Shown one piece after another: positions 1 through 14,507 of a stretch of 64,000 nt of DNA. The position numbers and the translations under genes are program-made. The stretch covers positions 10,602,001-10,666,000 of the forward strand of contig CM022670.1 of assembly GCA_012295275.1 (NCBI GenBank), in the 5' to 3' direction. Source of the DNA: Chrysomallon squamiferum. Lineage: Eukaryota; Animalia; Mollusca. The notes under the pieces were generated by a model, which was not told the DNA's origin, did no database searches, and worked only from the letters and a program-made list of their open reading frames with translations. Numbering within the stretch: position 1 is the stretch's first letter; every line of letters starts with the position of its first letter.

Positions 1-558
1 TAATTATTATTGTTGTATGTTTTTGTGTAAAGGATTATAAAATTACTTCATTCTTTATTTATCAGTATAGACGTAAAATTTCAAAAATGAGCCAGTTAAA
101 AAGTTTTATATTTTAAATGTTTGGTGTATTATTTATTTATTAGTTAATTAACTCATTCATTCATTCATTCATTCATTTTTGTTTTTCGTTAACGATATCT
201 ATCTCCTTCTCTTCACAAAATAAAAGCCTGTTATTTAGTTATCTATCTTTTTCTCTTCTTTATTTGGTGGCGAAGGGAATTTGTTTTTTGGTATGTTTAT
301 ATATTTATTTATTTATTTATTTATATTTGTTTTCTCTTGGGTTTTCTTTTGTGTGTGTCTGTGTGGTTTTTGTTGATGTTATTTTTGGTGGGACATTTTA
401 TCACGGGCAGCAAACTTGGAAGTTTACAAAACTATATTAGACTCTTTACATCACAGATGTGCTCTTCAAGACACACCAACCATTAAAGATGGTGCATTCT
501 ATACATTCTTTCTTTACGGTATTTTGTGACGTTATTATGGTGTGTTTGTCTGTTTCAG

Positions 559-1683
559 ATTTCTTCTGGATTACGTTTGAACGTTTTGTTTATGTCTCGC
601 TCTCAAACCACAGACTACTGGACAGACAACTTGTTCCTGGTGTTAACAGAGCGATCCCAGTTTGAAAACACGTGCACTCCCGAATCGCTAGGAAGCATAA
701 TTAACAGGTGCGTATGCGGTGCAAACTGACTAGAAAATAAAACTAACACGCATAAATTGAACATGTTCTGTTAAAAGTTAATTTATTGGCATTTAGTGCA
801 AAATGACTGGCAATTATAACTTATATTAATTTTAGTGCAAAATTTCTAGGCAAATTAAACTAACAAAACAGGTGGTGAAATACTAGGAAATACGATATCT
901 AGGTATTCAGTGCTGTATCACTAGCAAATACAGTTTTTATTAATTCAATTACTGCTTATTTCATATCACATTTTTATAATCTGGCCAGTGAGAAAAGGTC
1001 ATTTAGATTTCCTTAATTTATTCTTCATTTGTCGTTGAATGCATATTTTATCAATGTCTTTTTTTGGAAGACAAGTTTGAATTTCACTTCGGCAAATTTT
1101 AGGAGTCGAATAATTTCTTAAAAGATAGAATTTACCCGTTTGTTTCATTCTTATATATATATATCTTAAGTTGTAGTTGCTTTTTGGTCCCGAGTGGACT
1201 TCAAATTGAATTATTCATTAACTAAGTTTACATAATAATTTATTTAAATTACTCTGCTCATAACAGTGACTTGATCTTCTAATTTACAGACATCACCTAA
1301 AAGCGAACAATGACCAGTCCAATGCTACCATCGCAGATAAGACAACATTAGGAAGATTCAAACTTTCGGTAACAGAAAATCAGACGTCAGAAATTAAAAA
1401 TCTTCCTTTCCCCGACCTGAGAGACTACGCGGGAAGAGGCTTAGCGGTAAGATGAACTGGGAGATGGGATAGGGCAGGGAGGGTCTTAAGGCATGGGCGC
1501 AATGGGCGGTTGCCCTGATACCCCCCACCCCATGAGTCTCGAAGACCGTGCAGTCAGTGATTGCAGTGGGTTGCCGTCAAAATATTTTGGCATCGTTGTG
1601 TATGAGGAGCCTAAATACGTTCCTTTGTTCAAACCTTATAATGCTTTTACGATGGCACGATGTAGATGGTGGAAAAAGAAGGA

Positions 1684-1777
<94 letters not shown>

Positions 1778-2158
1778 CTTAATATGCCATTGCTAATTCA
1801 TTTCTTTCATTTTCACCAAATTTTGACTGAAATATATATCTATATGTACATCCATAAATTTATTATCATTTTATAATTTTATTTATTTATTTGTTTGTTT
1901 ATTTATTTATTTATTTTTATTATTTTTTTTTTTTTTTTTTTTATTTATATATTTATTTATTTATTTATTTATTTATTTGTCTTTTTACTATATATTTTTC
2001 TTGTATCTTTCTAGATGTGTATGGACATCGTTGAGGACACGAATGGGTGGTACCAGTGTGTGGGGATGGTGCCTCTGTGCTGCAAGCTAGGGTGGGACAA
2101 TGGCGACGCAGAAACAAGACCATTCTGGTTCACGAGTCCCGATCAGCTTATAATTTAA
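559..2158 (+). CDS. 3' part of a multi-exon gene (5' exons upstream of the window) encoding a Cys-containing protein with a degenerate Cu/Zn-SOD-like fold
   Basis: Exons 559-707, 1290-1446 and 2015-2158 have AG/GT boundaries and matching phases (0-2-0). They join into ...LFLVLTERSQFENTCTPESLGSIINR...DYAGRGLAMC...VPLCCKLGWDN...PDQLII*, with TAA at 2156-2158. The SOD-like call comes from aligning motifs by eye. Confidence 0.7.
1687..1774. repeat. (GA)n microsatellite in intron
   Basis: Pure GA run; explains the spurious poly-ER ORF at 1493..1876. Confidence 0.95.
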
Positions 2159-4250
2159 AATCTTATAACTGTTGTTGGCAAACGAGAAGAAATTAAATAT
2201 TTATTCGCGTTTTGTTTGTTTGTTTGTTTGTTTGTTTAAAATATATTCCTAAATTTATCTATATATCCAGAGATAGACAGACAGTCAAACAGACAGACAT
2301 CTGGATTATTTCTATATGTTTGACTACGTGTCTGTGTAAACAGTGAATTATATTTATATTTAGCTGACACACATACACATGTAATATGATTTAAATACTT
2401 TTTTTTTTTTTTTTTGATTTAAAAAAAAAAAAAAATGTATCATGAGTTACTTATAGAATAACTTAATATATATTATAAGACAAGTTAGCCACGTAATTGT
2501 GGATTGAAAACGAATAAATCTATAAACTAAGGAAAACACACAATTATCGATCACATCTAGATTTACAAAATACCGATACCGTTTAAACGATGCACAGATT
2601 CTACCGACAACACGTAGGAGGTTAGTAAAAAATATTTTTTAATTCTAAATTATTCTTTCTGTAATAATTAGCTTTTCCTTGAAACGCGAGATAATTTCAA
2701 AATACCTTAACAAGACTGAAGCTAAGGTTTCCGAATCTGTCACTTTTATGATTAGGTTCATAATTTGTTTGTGTTAACAGTATCTTGCACTGCTAATCAG
2801 AGATGTGTGCGGTCAGGTTTTTTTGTTGTTGTTGTTGTTGTTGTGGCGTGATCTAATTAAAGAAGGTCAGAGAATGCAATGCAAGATTTAGACGTATTGA
2901 CAATGAAAACCGAACTTTCCGGTTTGTTTTCTTTGTGTGTGGTGAACTGGTTGAGAAGAAGAAGACGAAGTCGAAGCAGAATAAAACAAAACAACAGACT
3001 TTTATTCGGACTAGTTACGGATGTCACTGGAACTGCTCTCCTGTCCAAACCCCTGACACCCACATTTCAAATAACTGTAACAGAAACTTCTCAGTGTTGT
3101 ATTATTATCTGACACACCTCTGACACGCCCCTGTATAACTGTGCAGTTTGACAAACACGTTCAAACGTTTATTAATTGTAGTAACGCAATAATCCGGTTT
3201 GAACACCTTTCAGACTACAACAGGCAGAGAAAGCAGTTTTTTTTAAAGATACGACTGTCATTTGATAATGATGTTGCTGTAGATTTAGAAAATATATTTT
3301 TATATTTATTCTGACCAGTCGAAGTCATGCTGCACGGTAGTGTATTAAAAATAAAAGTCAGATTAAGAGAACTGTCTTTTGATTAAAGTTACAGTTTGTT
3401 CTTTCAAAAATATAATTTTAAAGAGCGACTTAATGGCAACAACTGTTTTGTTTTCTGATAAAATATATTTATTTAACTGATTATTGTACTTATAACTGAA
3501 AAACTTTATTTATTTATTTATTTTGTTGTTTGTGTTGTTCCAGATGAATCATTGTAATGCAGTATTGTATTGACTATAATACTGATATCAGTAATCATTG
3601 TACTCTGACTAGACGACTCACTTTAATTAAAAAGTAAAACAGTAAAATCGAAAGTACTGGGAAATACTTGTCTTTTTTTATAATTATTTTTAAAATAGAT
3701 ATCATCATAACGAAAATTACCTAAAACATTGAGACTTTTTTAAATAAACAATTAAAAAAACAATACGGTGTAGAGGGCCAAATCTTTTGGCGTAGTTCTG
3801 CCTTTAATTGCAAATATCGACACGCACTACGGAATCAAAGTCCACAAATACCAACGCGTCATTCATTATCTGTTCTTTTTTTTTTTTTACAACACTGATG
3901 CCACAGGTCAGCTCCACTGTAAACACACAGTGAGTGTAGCAATTTTAACGTGAAGAATTCTAGTAAATACACGTGAGATATAAATACATATAAACATGGC
4001 AGGTACAAAGAGCTTCTTCTATTTTCACCAAGTTTTATTGCGGGCGTAATCAATAAGCAGTCAATATAAGCGACTCTTCCCTTCTGCCGTATCAAACAAA
4101 CTTCTCTTTCTGTTGAGTGGTTGTTAGCCACTAGTATTTCTGCTTTAAGGAAAGCCCGGGTTACCTTGGAATAGTGGCTGGTTATTTATGACAGGCAGAT
4201 AAGGAAACATTTATTTTTCAAATCTGTGTACTGTAAATATTAGAGATTGT

Positions 4251-4290
<40 letters not shown>

Positions 4291-4879
4291 CTTCTTGTTA
4301 TCGTTTTTCTTCATTCTCAGTGTCATCATATAATCGTTTTGTTTATCATGATCATTATTATTCTTATGACAACGGATAACAGCAACGTTTATTTTCAAAT
4401 CTGTAATCAGTAAATATTAGTGATTTCTTCATTATCGTTATATAATCGCCTTCTATATCATTATTATCATCGTTTTTATGTTGTTGTATTATTTTCATTT
4501 ATGGTATTATTATACTAAATATTCATTCTTACTCCTTTAATATTTTGTCTTTTGTTTTTGAGAGGTTTTGAGGTTGTTTTTATTTTATTTTATTTTATTT
4601 TGCTTCTTTTAAAATTTATTTCTTCATTTGGGGAGATTTATATGCTTTGTTTGTGGTTTTTGTTTTTTATATTTTTGTTGTTGCTGTCGTTGTTGTTTTG
4701 TTTTGTTTATAATCAGTACTTCTGTCTTGAATGGCGCGCTTTATCTCACTCTCTTTCGTCATTCAGAGGCAAGTGAATCACTGGAACATGCTAATTATCA
4801 AAATCGCTCGACGGCCATCGACGTTTTACAGACAGAATGTTTTTATTAGTTTTTTTTGTGTGTGTGTTTTTTTAAACGG

Positions 4880-5697
4880 CCACCTACACTTACTCTGAGG
4901 ACTAAGAGCAAAAGGCAAATACGTGGTGAACCGCGCATTCCCGTTGTCATGTATGGTATTATTACAGGTGTATTAAGATTTTCATGTCCACCCACAATGT
5001 CCACACCTTTTTGTCACAAAAAACAACGACGGCGCATACTCGCACGCGATCATATTAATATCGGATAAATCATTACAAAATTTATGAAGGGCGGGGACTG
5101 GAAGTCGCTTCATTGCTTGAATTGCAAGTCTCGCCCACAGACGCGAATTCTTCAAAAGGCATGTCTTAAACACCTTTCGTTGCAATTAGACATACCTTAA
5201 GCAAAACAAATAACAAGAATCCAAGCCACTGTTTATAAAAACCTTACTCTCAAATATTCTAACATCGTGTAAAATGCAAGTGTTTGGGTCTGCTTAGCCG
5301 CCGCCGTCGAACAGAAATAGTCGAAATAATGAGCAGAAGTTGGCCGGAGGACCTTCTGTGTTGCACCATTGAAAAACCCGGTGTATTCCTTCTTTTCTGA
5401 TTGCCGCCAGCGGTTATTTTCTTTTTAAACTGTCAATGTGCCGGTGAAAGTAAGATACAGGTGCGTGGGAGGGCAGTTGTCGTTTATTTCCCGACGCTTT
5501 TTATTCCGTCATATTTTTTTTTTTTGTTGTATAAACTCATTGTTCATCACACGTGAACGTTGAATTCTTGGAGGTTAATTTTGTATCTGAAAGGGAAATA
5601 ATTGCATGTGGCGTCCATTCTGTCGCTTAATTGCCGTCGCAAACTGACAAAACGCTTCCTTATCAAGGTATCGACTGGTGGCGGCCAACAACAAGAT
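4880..5697 (+). promoter_or_regulatory. CpG-enriched promoter/5' UTR region of the TGF-beta ligand gene
   Basis: Locally raised GC and CpG content directly upstream of ATG 5698; TATA-like TTTATAAAA near 5232 and GTATAAA near 5529. TSS not determinable from sequence. Confidence 0.45.
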
Positions 5698-7884
5698 ATG
5701 GACACGGTTAGGTGGATGGTCATTTCTACACTGCTTGCCAATTTCGTTTTATGTCACTCCAAAATTCTCGTCGACAGTCACGGTTTGCGCCAGGCCTACA
5801 TCGAACACCTTCGGAAACGGGTACGCCGGTCCCACGTTAACGGGACCTCAGTGGGACAGGATGTGTGGCGCAACACTACGAAAGTGCAGTCGTTGACTCT
5901 TGCCTCCATACTACGTCACCAAGATACCGTACCCGAAAATTCCAAGTGTGTGAAATCTTTCGTTGTAGGTAAGTTTATGTACGAAGTTTTGAGCGAAGAA
6001 AAGACCACAATGAATTTTTTTTTTTTTCGAAAATATTAATTTTATTGTTTATATTGTAGTGTGTCGGTTAGTTATGTTTCTGAGATTATCACCCATCTAG
6101 CAATACAAGAGCAAAGAAAAAGAAAGAGATCAAATTTGCTACACAACAACTCGCTCTGATTAGCACGTTACATCTTTTTTCTCTGTCTGTCTGTCTGAAA
6201 CAGATTCCGAAAAAAAAAAAATCAAATCAAATCAAAATCAAACAAAGCCAGAAGCGGTAAATCAAATGAGAAAAAAAAGAAAGACTATGAGAAAAAATTA
6301 ATTCAAGAAAAAAAAAAAAAAAAAAAAAAAATAAAGAAATAAAAAATTAATAGATTCGAAAAAAGAAAACAATTAAACAACAACAAAAAAATAATGAAAC
6401 AAATAAATGGAAATACGTTCGACAGTATCTCGATCATTATGTGACAAGTATATATCTTTTTTAATAAAATAATGTTAAAGTAGATTATAAAAACTCGCAA
6501 TGAGGTTTCATTTATCAACAGCAGAAAGTAATAGTCTACTAAAAGGAACAAAAATCTAGAAGCTCCTTCGATTGTCTACTCACTAAACTCCAGCCCATAT
6601 CTCCTGTCTTTTATAAAAGCTGTTATTTTTTATTTGCATATGGTGTGTACTATTTTTATAATATCAGGCATTTTTATGAAATATAAAATATTTAAATTTC
6701 ACCAACTGTAAGCTGCTGTATAATCATGCATGTATAATTTGTTTTTAATAATTTGTATGTGTGTAGGTAGGTATGTATTTACGCAGCTACCTGTATCTAT
6801 TTACATACGTAGCTAATCATATATATATATATATTGCTTTTAAAACATAATGAAAAACAAAAATCAAAAAAGAAAGAAAGAAAACGAACAAGAACAAGAA
6901 CAAGAAAAAAATCGCTGGTGCTTCAAAAAATATGCAATATAATATATGAATGCTTTAATGTTTACGTATCTGTGGGCATGTATGTATGAATGCATGTATA
7001 TATTTAGCTATGAATACTCTGTTCTTATATGTGACTAATTAGACTCTGCACCTAGACAATATTCGGGAACGCAGTGGCACAAGGAGGACAAAGTCCAATC
7101 ACGACCTAGCAAATCGCGTCAGATACCGCTGACGAGAATCGAACGTATGGCACCCAATCGCCCATCTAAGAATTTAGATTTTGTAATAAATGCCAATGTG
7201 GAAGTTTTACCCTTTCATTACGATATACTTTTTAATGTTCAACAGATGTGAAGTAAAGTCATCCTTCTGATGTAAAATAACTCTTCCTTAGATTAAATTG
7301 CAATAGATTTGGTAAAATATTTTTAAAAAAAATAAAAAAAAAAAAAAAAAACTTTCTGAAAACTAATACATTTCAAAGAAATTCTTTTTTCCAGAAAGTA
7401 TATGTCACTAATTTTTGTAGACTGATAATTTGTTACTTATCATCACATTATTATTTCTTGGATTACACTAACGTGTATTGTAAATACATTTTTATTTTCA
7501 CTGATTCAGTTAGAGATGGAAATCTTTATATATTTAATTTTAGAATGGATAACGTATGTACCTTTTAGAATTGTTCTGATCTTTGTTTCTTGAGGGTGGA
7601 GCGGTATTTTAATTATGAAATTTATTTATTTTTATTTTTATTGTTTTAATCATCTTGTTTGCGATGTTCTTGTATAGAACAAAAAAAATATCTAGTTTTT
7701 TCCAACAAAGTACTGAATTTCTGTAGATTGTTTTAGGTAATGGCGTCAGAGAATTTAAATCCGAAACGTCAGTTAAAAACAGCAGCAACAACAATATCAG
7801 TTAAACATTGTGATTTTAAAAAGATATTAATAATTCCAAGCAAATTAAGTTTCAGCTTACTTTATTTTTTATTTTTTATTCCTA

Positions 7885-7920
<36 letters not shown>

Positions 7921-9591
7921 CATAATAATCATAATAAAAATTCCGACATTTTTGCGTTAATTCTTTCATTTTTTTATTTATTTAAAAAAAAATTAAAAAA
8001 AATAATAACAATAATAAATACAAAATGATGAAGAAAAATAAAACCATTAAGTAAAAATAAAATGGATTTACAGAAAGAAATTTCGTTTTATTTTACATTA
8101 GAGAAAAAATAAGCAAAAATAAAATGAAATAAAATAAAATAAATAAATAAATAATTTAAATGAAAACAATGATAATCAAGAATGATAAACAGCTTTACCG
8201 ATGTTTTTTTATCACTAACTGTTAAAAATCTGTTATAATATTTAACTACTTATGCTGCAACTAACATTAATTTAGTTTATAACCCAGAACAGTTAACAAA
8301 GATGTAATCGTATATATATGATCTCTATTTAAAAAATGGAAGTAGTATTTTCTCTCAAACTTTTGTTATTTTCGTAATAAAAAAAAATTAATAATAATAA
8401 TAATAATTCAACTGATCCAGTTATATAATATAATTTAATAAAATCATTATATGTTATATTATACTGTAACAAGCCTCGTGATATTAACCTTTAAAATAAT
8501 AATAAATCAACTACCGACTGATGATATAATACAATAATTATACCTTTTGCTATTTAACGTTTCCACAAAATAACTTGCCCATACAAACACTCTTAGATTT
8601 GCCCATTGCAAACACACCTAACTAGCCCTTGTACTTATATCTTGGTTCTCTCCTATAAACACACCTATACCCGCCTGTTCAAACAATTCATATTCGCCCG
8701 TTCCAACACACCTAGACGCGCTCCTCTATAAACAATTAGATTCGCCCCTTCCGCAGAAATCCGAGCATTTTTATTGTGAAATTCAAATGACCAATCCTCT
8801 TATTATTATGTGATTCGCATTTCACATATTTTCATTATTTCAAATATTTTTCATATTTTTCATTTTTTCATTTTACATTAATGTAATGAAATTTGTAATT
8901 TAATCTTAAGAATCTCATAATTGAAAAAAAAAAAAAAAAAAAAAAAAGATTGATATTTTTCTCTAAAGGACATATCAAAATGACGATATATTTTTTTTTT
9001 ATTGTTTTGCTTTTTCTTCCTTGTTTCTGTTTGGGTAGGTGTTTGAGGTAAAAACAAATAGTATAATAATAATAATAATTAATTAATTAACTAATTTACC
9101 AATGGCTGAGGGAAAAATAATGAACAGAAGTTAGGTATGGTGTCAGATATATAATCTGATTTTAGTTGGAACTGGGAAACATTTAGTGCGGCATAGAAAA
9201 GAAAAGAGGATAGTTTGGTTATTGAGGAAGACGGTCGACATGTCTGAAAAAAAATATATATATAATCTAGGTGCAGTATAAGCGAACCCAAAAAGGTATG
9301 TCTTGTAAAAAAAAAAACCACACACAAATCTAACAATCTCTGGATAGTAGAAAATGGGCAAAACTATAAGCTGATTTCGAAAGTCTAGAGAAAATCTGGC
9401 TAAGACCAACGCGATCAAATGTGTTTAGTAGATGGTCTAGCACCCGAGTATGGTACAGGCGAATTAATAAAGAGGATATATGTCATAGGGAAACTTGTTT
9501 TAGTTCCGAATCTAGATGACGTGAATTCAAGTACAGTCCATTTGACAAGCTGAAGATTAGTTTAGTTTGTTAAAAGCTTAGTTTGACAGAC

Positions 9592-9652
<61 letters not shown>

Positions 9653-11257
9653 TATTTTTAATCTATGAAAACAAAACCCCGATTAAGACACTAAATGAAA
9701 AGGACACATAATACAACACACACACAGACACACACACACACACACACACATACACAGACACTTAAGTGATCATAACACATTGGTTCTGTTAACTCCATAA
9801 AGTGGATTGCACCAGCAGATAACATCAACAAAACATTTAGAGTACAACAGTCAGGAAACGGCCTTGAAATATTTTTTATTTTTATTTAAACGTCGGATAG
9901 ACATGGAATTCCACATCTTATTTGCTGGGATCATAATCATTTCAAGGTGGAATCTCTTTGTTAATAATGTCATTTGACTTCTGGTAATGCCAAAACACTT
10001 AAGACGTAAAAAAACAATTATTTGGCAATTACACTGATTCTTCAACTACTTGTACATTCTCTTGAATTCTCTTATCGAATAACTTTTTTTTCTGATGAAA
10101 TCATTTGGAAAGCCTGAAGCAGATATTGTTTAGTTTTAACCGGTAATCCAAATTATTTTGAGATTCTGTTTTTAAATCTTTTCCCGGTTGTTTTCCTAGC
10201 AACCACAACTTTGTAATACATCATGTTAAAAACCAATTTTATTCTCTAACTCTCTGTTAACCATTTTTTTTATACTTTTTGACACTTGTCTCTTCCAGTT
10301 CTTTAGCATTTTCATCATCAGTTTTATTATTTTACATCAGTAACATTTATTTGTTGTGGTAATCATACAAAGTATATAAAGTATATACCTTTACGAACAA
10401 ACTAACCGATTCTGTTAATTCGCTAACCTCTAATACACCATATAGGTCTTACTGACAACAGCGTAAGAAACAGATAAGTTAGTTAATACTGAACTACTAC
10501 AAATTTGCTAACATACTAACTCATGATTCTGTGAACTCGCCAGCCTCTAATTCATTATGTAGGTCTTACTGAAAAGATCGCAAGAAACAGATAAATCTAC
10601 GTATAATAAGCCTGTTAGTTAATGTTAAACTACTACAAATTTGCTAACATGCTAACGCATAATCGAACGAACTCTCTAACCTATGAATAAAAGTTCTAAC
10701 TAACATTATTAGCCAGGGAAGCAACGAAATTGACCTAGACAAGCCAGCTGGTTTAAACTAATCGAATACGTTAATCTTCTGTGTCAAGAACCGTCTTCTT
10801 TTTGTCTTGACCACCAACCTAGACGTATATGTGTAACATAACCCTGTCTGATGCTGAAAATCTCTTCCATATCCATAATATGAAAAACAAACAAAAGAAT
10901 ATATATTTTTTGTAAGCAAGTCCAGTCTTACTGCTTTATACTAGGCGTTGTTTAAAATATATAAAAAACATTATCTTGGTATTAAAATGCCCTGTTGGCT
11001 ATGATTGGCGAATTTCATGCTGGATTCGTTTAACACGGAATAATAGACAAGACTTTATTAAAAGGCTGCGTTGTTTTTGATTGAGGATTTATGCTGCCAT
11101 TAACAGACAGCAACGTATAATGTAGAGCAGTCACCTCGCCCACTCGAGCTGTTGAATAATTCATATCGAAAAAACGTCTTCTCAAAGTTCATTCAGCATA
11201 ATGTCAAGATTACATTTCTAGAAGATTAAGTAACAAATGACCACCCCCATAAACAAA

Positions 11258-11294
<37 letters not shown>

Positions 11295-12168
11295 AGATGA
11301 TGTATATATTCTGGATATATTTTCACTTGAAGTAAAAAAAAAAAAAAATTCAAATCGCAAAAATGGAATAAAACTATATATTCTTTCTCTTACTCGTATT
11401 TGAAATTTTATCATTGAAAAAAACTAAAATGTTTAAAACCCTATAACCACAAAATATTTAATCAGAAAATTATTGCTGTGTTTTATCATTATTATTATTA
11501 TTAGTAGTAGTAGTAGTAGTGGTAGAAGTAGCAGTATCGTCATCACCATCATCATCATCATCGTAATTAATTATTTATTTATATATTAATAATAATTAAT
11601 TAATAATCAGTTTTTTCTTCACAATTTTCATTGAAATTCAAACCCAGCGAATTTGCTTTCAAAATTTTCTCAAAAATAAATAAACTGAAGAATAACGATT
11701 ATCATCGTATGCAGTTGCAAAATCTTCTGCCCGTTTCGTGAATCGATCCCACAGCCTTTCGCTTCCACAAACTACCAAATCCGTACGTACGGACCTACAG
11801 GCAGCCTGCCAGCAGCTAACAGCAGTACTGGAGTTTCACACTTAGAACAAGATCCGAAATAGAACTCGAATTACTTGAATAACTCGTGTATACATTAATC
11901 TCTTGTAATGTTACTATCCGAATCTATTCGAGGAAATTTATCTGTCGAACCTGGCTCTTTTGTGTTTTTATATCTAAAGATTCCGTGTTATTTTTGTAGT
12001 TTCGATCGTTTAGGAAATTCCTGTGTTAATGTGTTTATCTGCAGTGTCGTTGTTAAAACAGAATCAAATTCCCAGCATATTAATAAGAACTAGGCATGAC
12101 ACGTGTCATATAATGTTGTAATAATAATATGTATTAATACATAGCAGTGGTAATTGTTGTAGTAGTAA

Positions 12169-12216
<48 letters not shown>

Positions 12217-13378
12217 CAGCAGCAGCAGAAGCAGTAATAGAATGGTAGTTTATATCAGATTAGTAGCTGGTCTTGTTGCTGTTGCTATTACTTCTACTAC
12301 TACTATTCCTGCTTACATACTACTGTTATAACTATTAATGTTGTTGCCGTTACTACTATTACGTTTACTACTACTACTACTACTGCTGTTGCAACTACTA
12401 TTACTACTAATGCTACTATTATTATTACTATTATTGTGGTATCTAATATTACTACCGCTGCTATCACTGCTACCACCACCACTACTACTACTGTTACTAC
12501 CACTACAAAAATATTACAATTCTTATATAAATAATACTACATACTGCTGCTACTACTAGCACTACTGTTGTTACTACTAATGCTGTTGCTATTACAACAT
12601 CTACCACTACTACTACTGGTACTAAAACAACATCTGCATTTGCTATTAACAGTTAAATACTACTATGTTCATTTTATTGTACAGTTACTTCTTATTGTAA
12701 TAAACATCAACAAAATTTGTTCTGACAAAGACATATAATCTTTAACCTAAGCAAGGTTATTAGGTCGAAAATAAATTGATATATAATTTTTTTATGAAGG
12801 CCATTAAATGTGGGGATGTTTTTTTATTTTTTGTTAAACGTTAGGCAACAACCTAATACATAAAAGATCGATTTTTATAGTAAATGACAAGGTAATAAAA
12901 ATTAACTCTATTTTTTTTTTTTTTTATTACATATTCTTTGAAACAATATGGCTCATCTTCCATATGAAACAATATAATCGGTGACACAAATAAGTGTCAG
13001 GAATAAATATTAGAAACTACAAAAATTCTCAGTTGAAGACAGATATAAAAGGTAAATGGTTCTGCCAGTCAAAGGTAATTTCATGAAGTTTGTGTGTGTA
13101 TAAAATTTAAATGGTTGTATCGGTCTTCAGTGATGTACTGCAGTCATCTGCTGCTATAATTTTGCGCGGATATAACATTTAAATGGTTCTATTATCTAGA
13201 AAGATATACTCCTACGATTTAATTCAATACCTCTTTCAAGCAAAACGAGTGAAAAGAGGTCAAACTGATGATGATGAAAATTCACGAGACAAGATGGATG
13301 ACAGGTAGCAATGTAGTGGGTGGCGGAACAAGAAGGAAAATAAATCGTGGGGTCATTTTAAAATTTACACAGCTATAA

Positions 13379-13422
<44 letters not shown>

Positions 13423-13823
13423 CCACACACACACAGACAGTCAGACATACATACATACATATAGACAGATAGACAGATATACAAACATACATACGTACAT
13501 ACGTCCATACATACATACATACGTACATACATATATACATACATACATACATACATACATATAGCCTACCTACCTACCTACATATACATACGTACATACA
13601 TATATACCGAAATACACAGAGACATACTTACATACATACCAACAATATTATATTGATGTGTATACACCTAATTTATAATGGATATGAAATATTTATAAAT
13701 GTGTGTACATTTTGATATCTGAGATGTAGGCATGTTGATATAGGTTATAATATGCATTCATTTTGATAGTAAAAGCCTAAATAATTACATTTAATTGTAG
13801 GTTTTATTCCACGCAATTCTTTT

Positions 13824-13860
<37 letters not shown>

Positions 13861-14437
13861 CTGTTTTCTATCTAATACGTCCGTTCGATTTTCCAATAAA
13901 TTTCCGCCGTTATCGAGAAAATGTTTTCGTTTTGTTTTTGTTTTTAAACAAATATTAATAACTATTATCCCCAAGAATAGTCAGTCAGAAAGGTCATCGA
14001 TACTGAAAAGACGATGAATCGATAATTTAATATTGATGGCAAAGAGGAAACTGATGTTCTCCTTTTCAGTAATTCAGTATTTTCGGCGACTATATGTTGG
14101 AGCGGGGGGGGGGGGATATATTTAATTTAATTTTTCAAGACAAGACCTGGAAAATTAATTATAAGTATGATGTCAGTAATATGCTTGTTATTATCTGTTA
14201 AGAGAATATTAACTTGGTCACGTAGATTCCAGATTATTTATACATGTTTTTGTTCCATTACATGTTTGCGTAGTCAGATATATTTTATGTATCTGCCTAC
14301 CTACCTTCCTACAGTCTGTTTTTCTTTCCTTTTTTTATATGTGTGTATGTGTGTGTGTGTCTGTGTATGTCTGTTTATCTGTCTGTTTGTGTATGTATCC
14401 ATCAACCTATCAGTATGTTTCTTTGTTCACATTTTTC

Positions 14438-14507
<70 letters not shown>

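Noticed and set aside
2032-2034. In-frame TGA in an alternative frame of the exon at 2015, considered as selenocysteine
   Set aside because: The upstream exon ends in phase 0, selecting the stop-free MCMDIVED frame; no SECIS-like element recognised.
2879-3112. 77-aa ATG ORF with an Arg-rich patch
   Set aside because: No recognisable homology or splice context, and overlapping ORFs in several frames; likely non-coding.
5288-5305. GTCTG next to GCCGCC as a BMP/Smad composite element
   Set aside because: Order and spacing do not match the GRCGNC-N5-GTCTG arrangement.
12303-12559. Poly-V and poly-L ORFs (also poly-ER at 1493 and 31618, poly-Y at 16869, YVMLC repeats at 33383)
   Set aside because: Translations of microsatellites.
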